Source: an uncultured bacterium (GTDB lineage Bacteria; Desulfobacterota_D; UBA1144; Nemesobacterales; UBA2774). From it: a stretch of 64,000 nt of DNA. The position numbers and the translations under genes are program-made. Positions 58,894 through 64,000 of this stretch are shown piece by piece (position 1 is the stretch's first letter; each line of letters starts with the position of its first letter). A model generated the notes under the pieces. It searched no databases, was not told where the DNA came from, and was given only the letters and a program-made list of their open reading frames with translations. The DNA lies in contig CAVPJU010000010.1 in NCBI GenBank assembly GCA_963705505.1, forward strand, positions 576,001-640,000, written 5' to 3'.

Positions 58894-60888
58894 ATGGCAA
58901 TTGAATTCGGAAGGGAGATTTGCTGCGAGCTGGATATAGCGGAAAGAAGGGAATGGCTCGTGACGAACGGGATCGGCGGATTCGCCTCCGGCACGATCGC
59001 GGGGATGCTTACGCGCAGGTATCACGGGCTCCTGGTAGCGGCGCTCAAGCCGCCCCTCGGCAGGAACCTCCTCGTTACGAAGCTCGACGAGACGGTAAGT
59101 TATGAAGACAAGGAATATCCACTCAGCTCGAACCGCTGGGCCGACGGAACGGTCGATCCCCGGGGCTATGTCCAGATAGAGAAATTTTACCTCGACGGGA
59201 CGACCCCGGTTTGGAACTTCGCATGCGCCGACGCCCTGCTCGAAAAACGCATATGGATGGCCCGGGCTGCTAATACGACCTATGTAAGATACGAGCTTAA
59301 AAGAGCCGCGCGCCCCCTCGGTATAAGCATCAAGGCATATGTGAATTACAGGGATTACCACGGTACGACACACGCGGGCGGCTGGAGGATGAAGGTCGAA
59401 AAAGCCGGGAACGGCGTACGGATTAACGCCTATGACGGGGCGGTCCCCTTTTATATCCTCACCGATAAGGCGGACGCTGCACAATCGAACGACTGGTATT
59501 TCGGCTTCGACTTGGCTCTTGAGGAATCGAGGGGGCTCGACCACATCGAAGACCACCTCCACGCCGCGACCCTTACGTACACACTCGAAGAAGGCGATTC
59601 ATTTATCGTAGTCAGCAGCACCGAAGCGGCTCCCGAGCTCGACGGAAATAAAGCGCTCGGGCTCAAAAATAGCTACGAGGAAGGAATAATCGGAAGGTTC
59701 AGGAACAAAAGATCGACATACGCTAAAGACGGAACTCCCGAGCTAAACCATCTGGCCCTCGCCGCAGACCAGTTCGTAGTAAACAGACCTTCCGGGCAGG
59801 ATAAAGAAGGCAAGAGCGTGATCGCCGGTTATCATTGGTTCGGGGACTGGGGAAGGGACACCATGATAAGCCTTCCCGGATTGACTATTGCCACGGGCAG
59901 GCCCGAAATCGCGAAGTCGATACTCAAGACCTTCGCCCTTTACGTCGATGAGGGGATGCTCCCCAACCGCTTCCCCGACGCCGGGGAAAAACCTGAATAT
60001 AATACGGTCGATGCCACGCTCTGGTACTTCGAGGCAGTGCGCGCGTATATTGAAGACACGAAAGACAGCGCTTTTCTGGAAGAGCTCTTTCCGGTCCTGG
60101 AGAGCATTATCGACTGGCACAATAAGGGCACCCGTTACAATATCAAGACCGACCCGAAGGACGGACTTCTTTACGCAGGAGAGGAAGGCGTCCAGCTTAC
60201 ATGGATGGACGCCAAAGTGGGGGATTGGGTAGTCACCCCCCGGATCGGGAAACCCGTCGAAGTAAACGCCCTCTGGTACAACGCCCTTCATTCCATGGCG
60301 GAATTCTCGAAACTCCTGAAAAAGCCGTCAAAAAAATATGAAGCCGCGGCCGACACCGCTCTCAAGGGCTTTTTGCGCTTTTGGAACTACGAATCCGGTT
60401 ACTGCTTCGACGTTATCGACGGGCCGGGAGGGAACGACCCCTCGCTAAGACCGAACCAGCTGTTTGCCGTTTCACTGCCCGAGAGCCCCCTGGCGTCCGA
60501 TAAGCAAAAGAAAGTCGTCGAAGCCTGCGCTCTGAGCCTCCTTACCTCCCACGGACTGAGGAGCCTCTCTCCAGGCCATCCGGACTATAAAGGACGCTAC
60601 GGAGGGGACCCGAGAGCGAGGGACGGAGCGTACCATCAGGGCACCGTCTGGGGGTGGCTCCTGGGGCACTTTGCACTCGCGCACATGAGGGTGTTCGGCG
60701 ATCCTGAAAAAGCGAGAGGTTATTTAGCTCCGATGCTCGGCCAGATGCGGTCGCACGGCGTGGGCAGCCTTAGCGAAATCTTCGACGGCGACGCGCCCAT
60801 GACTCCCAGGGGATGCATCGCCCAGGCCTGGACCGTGGCCGAGGTAATACGGGCATGGACGGATATCGAGAAATATAGCGGCAAATAA
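58894..60888 (+). CDS. Amylo-alpha-1,6-glucosidase (glycogen debranching enzyme, archaeal type)
   Basis: EWLVTNGIGGFA, WFGDWGRDT, TWMDAK, YHQGTVW and AQAW motifs. Confidence 0.92.
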   Translation: MAIEFGREICCELDIAERREWLVTNGIGGFASGTIAGMLTRRYHGLLVAALKPPLGRNLLVTKLDETVSYEDKEYPLSSNRWADGTVDPRGYVQIEKFYLDGTTPVWNFACADALLEKRIWMARAANTTYVRYELKRAARPLGISIKAYVNYRDYHGTTHAGGWRMKVEKAGNGVRINAYDGAVPFYILTDKADAAQSNDWYFGFDLALEESRGLDHIEDHLHAATLTYTLEEGDSFIVVSSTEAAPELDGNKALGLKNSYEEGIIGRFRNKRSTYAKDGTPELNHLALAADQFVVNRPSGQDKEGKSVIAGYHWFGDWGRDTMISLPGLTIATGRPEIAKSILKTFALYVDEGMLPNRFPDAGEKPEYNTVDATLWYFEAVRAYIEDTKDSAFLEELFPVLESIIDWHNKGTRYNIKTDPKDGLLYAGEEGVQLTWMDAKVGDWVVTPRIGKPVEVNALWYNALHSMAEFSKLLKKPSKKYEAAADTALKGFLRFWNYESGYCFDVIDGPGGNDPSLRPNQLFAVSLPESPLASDKQKKVVEACALSLLTSHGLRSLSPGHPDYKGRYGGDPRARDGAYHQGTVWGWLLGHFALAHMRVFGDPEKARGYLAPMLGQMRSHGVGSLSEIFDGDAPMTPRGCIAQAWTVAEVIRAWTDIEKYSGK

Positions 60889-60919
60889 ATGTATCAAGAC
60901 AGGAAAAGCGAAGTATATC

Positions 60920-63166
<2,247 letters not shown>

Positions 63167-63464
63167 ATGTAGTTACAGGTTTCCCGTCCGTAAAAGTATT
63201 TTCCCGAGGGGTATCAAAGTCAATACAACACTAAAATATATATACATCGCTGCGGAGCGAATGGATCCACGAAGTATTTAACCGAAATGAAATCAGCAGG
63301 ACACAACCGATCCTTTACCTTAACGGAATATCACGATATTTCGTAACAACCACTATATTTCATAACCCCTCCTTAATACCCTTTAGCTGCCCACGTATTG
63401 CTATACGGCAAATAATGCAATGATATAGGAGTGTTAGAGCGCTATATCGATATTATTTTGACAT

Positions 63465-63480
63465 TGGCACAACGCTTGCA
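63465..63480 (+). promoter_or_regulatory. Sigma54 (-24/-12) promoter
   Basis: TGGCAC-N5-TTGCA consensus match, divergent from the activator gene. Confidence 0.85.
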
Positions 63481-63560
63481 CTTAGTAGGAACAAATGAAA
63501 TCGCAGATTAAAAAAGCAGAGACGCGAAATCCGAGGAATCAAAAAGAGGAAGGCTCATAA

Positions 63561-63860
63561 ATGCTGATGATATCGAAAATAAAGCAGGACAATGAAAACA
63601 TCACGTTGAAGTTGGACGGGAAGATCGAGGGGATGTATTTAGAGGAGCTGGAGGGGGCATGTAAATGTCACCGCGCCGGAAACAACAAAACGATAACACT
63701 GGATTTTTCGGGTGTGACCTTTATAGACGATAAGGCTTTGGAAGTACTGTCGAGGTTAAAAGACAGACGTTTAAAGATAGTCAAGTGCTCTCCCTTCATC
63801 AAGACTCTGCTGAACGAACTGGCGGACGATGAACGGGAAGAAGGTAGCGTAAAAAATTAG
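63561..63860 (+). CDS. STAS domain protein
   Basis: LKLDGKI..LDFSGVTFID..CSPFIKTLL. Confidence 0.85.
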   Translation: MLMISKIKQDNENITLKLDGKIEGMYLEELEGACKCHRAGNNKTITLDFSGVTFIDDKALEVLSRLKDRRLKIVKCSPFIKTLLNELADDEREEGSVKN

Positions 63861-63882
63861 AATGCCATGCGGAGGCAACGTT

Positions 63883-64000
63883 ATGAGTGCGTATAAATTA
63901 AAGAGCAGGGAAGTCAGTGTTAAGTCGAATATAGGTAATTCGTGTTTGGATATTTCAGAGATGCCCGATGAGAATCTGCTTGACCGCATTGCCGTAAGCG
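63883..64000 (+). CDS. 5' part of a CDS, possibly an ECF sigma factor
   Basis: GGAGG RBS; MSAYKLK..EMPDENLLDRIAVS resembles the helix preceding ECF region 2; cut off by the window edge. Confidence 0.45.
   Translation, partial: MSAYKLKSREVSVKSNIGNSCLDISEMPDENLLDRIAVS

Overview
Bacterial chromosomal window with about 58 CDS, one tRNA-Pro(TGG) and one c-di-GMP-I riboswitch. No CRISPR array, integrase or transposase was seen. Housekeeping genes (ddl, thiolase, lysA, hemD-hemE fusion, hemH, obgE, csp) are mixed with many secreted or uncharacterised proteins. Two things stand out. (1) A sigma70-like promoter and a c-di-GMP-I (GEMM) riboswitch next to tRNA-Pro lie upstream of two large uncharacterised proteins: an 830-aa helical/beta protein and a 542-aa Phi-1/EXORDIUM-like HExxE protein, with similar C-terminal tails. 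(2) The motif RAATCC-N16-CGTMTW occurs with identical spacing in four intergenic regions, upstream of msrA, msrB and two blocks of an 18-kb sugar-oxidation/redox cluster (glucose dehydrogenase, Cys/His-tailed aquaporin, GlcG heme-binding proteins, gluconolactonase, DM13 proteins, GMC oxidoreductase, glucosidases). This suggests an ECF-sigma oxidative-stress regulon. A sigma54 activator, STAS protein and probable ECF sigma factor flank the cluster. Six genes are split by single-base insertions, most likely assembly errors. All calls come from reading the sequence by eye; no searches were run.
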